From: a bacterium
GTDB taxonomy: Bacteria > UBP7 > UBA6624 > JBBIMK01
Length of the DNA: 32,000 bases
Reading direction: 5' to 3'
Assembly: GCA_037444445.1 (NCBI GenBank)
Contig: JBBIMK010000007.1
Coordinates: 47,647-79,646 of the forward strand
Shown: positions 31,381 through 32,000 of the stretch, piece after piece
How the letters are laid out: each line of letters opens with the position of its first letter
How positions within the stretch are numbered: the stretch's first letter is position 1
Notes under the pieces: model-generated
Told to the model about the DNA's origin: nothing
Seen by the model: only the letters and a program-made list of their open reading frames with translations
Database searches by the model: none
Position numbers and translations under genes: made by a program

Positions 31381-32000
31381 CATCATCATGTCTGTGAACA
31401 ATTCACTCGTTTGCCACGGCCTGAATAAATTTGGCACGGAGGAACAGAAACAGAAATTTTTAAGGCCGTTAGCCAGCGGAGAAGCGCTGGGAGCTTACTC
31501 CCTGACCGAGCCCCAATCAGGCTCTGATGCGGGGAATATAAAAACTCTCGCCGTTCGTGAGGGAGATGAGTATGTTATTAATGGGCTGAAATCGTGGGTC
31601 ACCAGTGGTTCAGCCGCAGATTATGTGATTCTATTTGCCACCACAGACCCGACGAAAGGACATCATGGCGTTGCCTCCTTTATCGTGGATACGAAACTCC
31701 CCGGTTTAACCATCGGTAAAGAAGAGCCTAAACTCGGCATCCGCGCCTCTGCCACCTGCGAAATGAGGTATGAGAACTACCGTCTCCCTGTAGAAAACCG
31801 TCTGGGGCAGGAGGGGGAAGGGTTTAAGATTGCCCTGGCAATCCTGGATGTGGGTAGGATGGGCGTTGCCGCTCAAGCCCTCGGTATCGCCGAAGCCGCT
31901 TACGAAGCCAGCATAGATTACGCCAAACAGCGGGAAGCCTTCGGGAAAAAAATTGCAGAGTTTCAAGCCATTCAGTGGATGCTGGTGGAAATGCACACCC
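31130..32000 (+). CDS. Short-chain acyl-CoA dehydrogenase, copy 2 (3' end outside window; absent from the ORF track because there is no stop in the window)
   Basis: ATG at 31130. My own translation reads MDFELTRVQKMIRDMARDFARREIAPIAAKIDEAGEFPYETVKKMGKLGLMGLEAPKEYGGAGVDTISYILAVEEISKVCASHGIIMSVNNSLVCHGLNKFGTEEQKQKFL...EFQAIQWMLVEMHT. The frame is open to the window end. Confidence 0.92.
   Translation, partial: MDFELTRVQKMIRDMARDFARREIAPIAAKIDEAGEFPYETVKKMGKLGLMGLEAPKEYGGAGVDTISYILAVEEISKVCASHGIIMSVNNSLVCHGLNKFGTEEQKQKFLRPLASGEALGAYSLTEPQSGSDAGNIKTLAVREGDEYVINGLKSWVTSGSAADYVILFATTDPTKGHHGVASFIVDTKLPGLTIGKEEPKLGIRASATCEMRYENYRLPVENRLGQEGEGFKIALAILDVGRMGVAAQALGIAEAAYEASIDYAKQREAFGKKIAEFQAIQWMLVEMHT
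31868..32000. repeat. Second near-identical block shared (inverted) with acd copy 1
   Basis: Matches the reverse complement of 26868-27000 with 2 mismatches in 133 nt. Confidence 0.9.

Noticed and set aside
26868-32000. acd repeat blocks as a diversity-generating retroelement (TR/VR pair).
   Set aside because: There is no reverse transcriptase gene. The few mismatches are mixed transitions, not adenine-specific. The variable part is ordinary paralog divergence across the whole central region.

Overview
Gene-dense 32-kb window with about 29 CDS. I could not recognise any rRNA, tRNA, CRISPR array, transposase or integrase by eye. It comes from a diderm bacterium with strong GGAGG-type ribosome-binding sites; the lineage cannot be assigned from sequence alone. 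Left 10 kb (accessory-looking): the 3' part of a class III cyclase-STAND-TPR signalling protein; a tandem pair of small Cys-containing paralogs behind a near-consensus promoter; a secreted beta-sandwich protein; a GAF/HD-GYP phosphodiesterase coupled to a DUF3307-like membrane protein; an ABC-2 exporter with a TPR/GspG-like protein; and an orphan GspG-type pseudopilin with an acidic, Ca-binding-like tail. 10.3-14.9 kb: a housekeeping ribBA-ribH-birA-response regulator operon and a YumC-type ferredoxin-NADP reductase. 14.9-25.5 kb (all minus strand) is the most interesting block. It encodes a Tat-exported TtrB/TtrA-like molybdoenzyme with no membrane quinol-dehydrogenase subunit and a dedicated porin. 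These are followed by an MtrA/DmsE-type decahaem, a 539-aa beta-barrel and two surface-type multihaem lipoproteins (8 and 9 CXXCH). Each half begins with the same 183-bp perfect direct repeat, which supplies the promoter, 5' UTR and first 15 codons. 25.7-32 kb: a GNAT acetyltransferase, then two inverted acyl-CoA dehydrogenase paralogs with a mosaic identity pattern (near-identical / diverged / near-identical). These paralogs bracket three poorly characterised genes (beta-propeller, DinB-like, DUF763-like). All calls rest on motif reading of the supplied translations and manual nucleotide comparison; no database search was possible.
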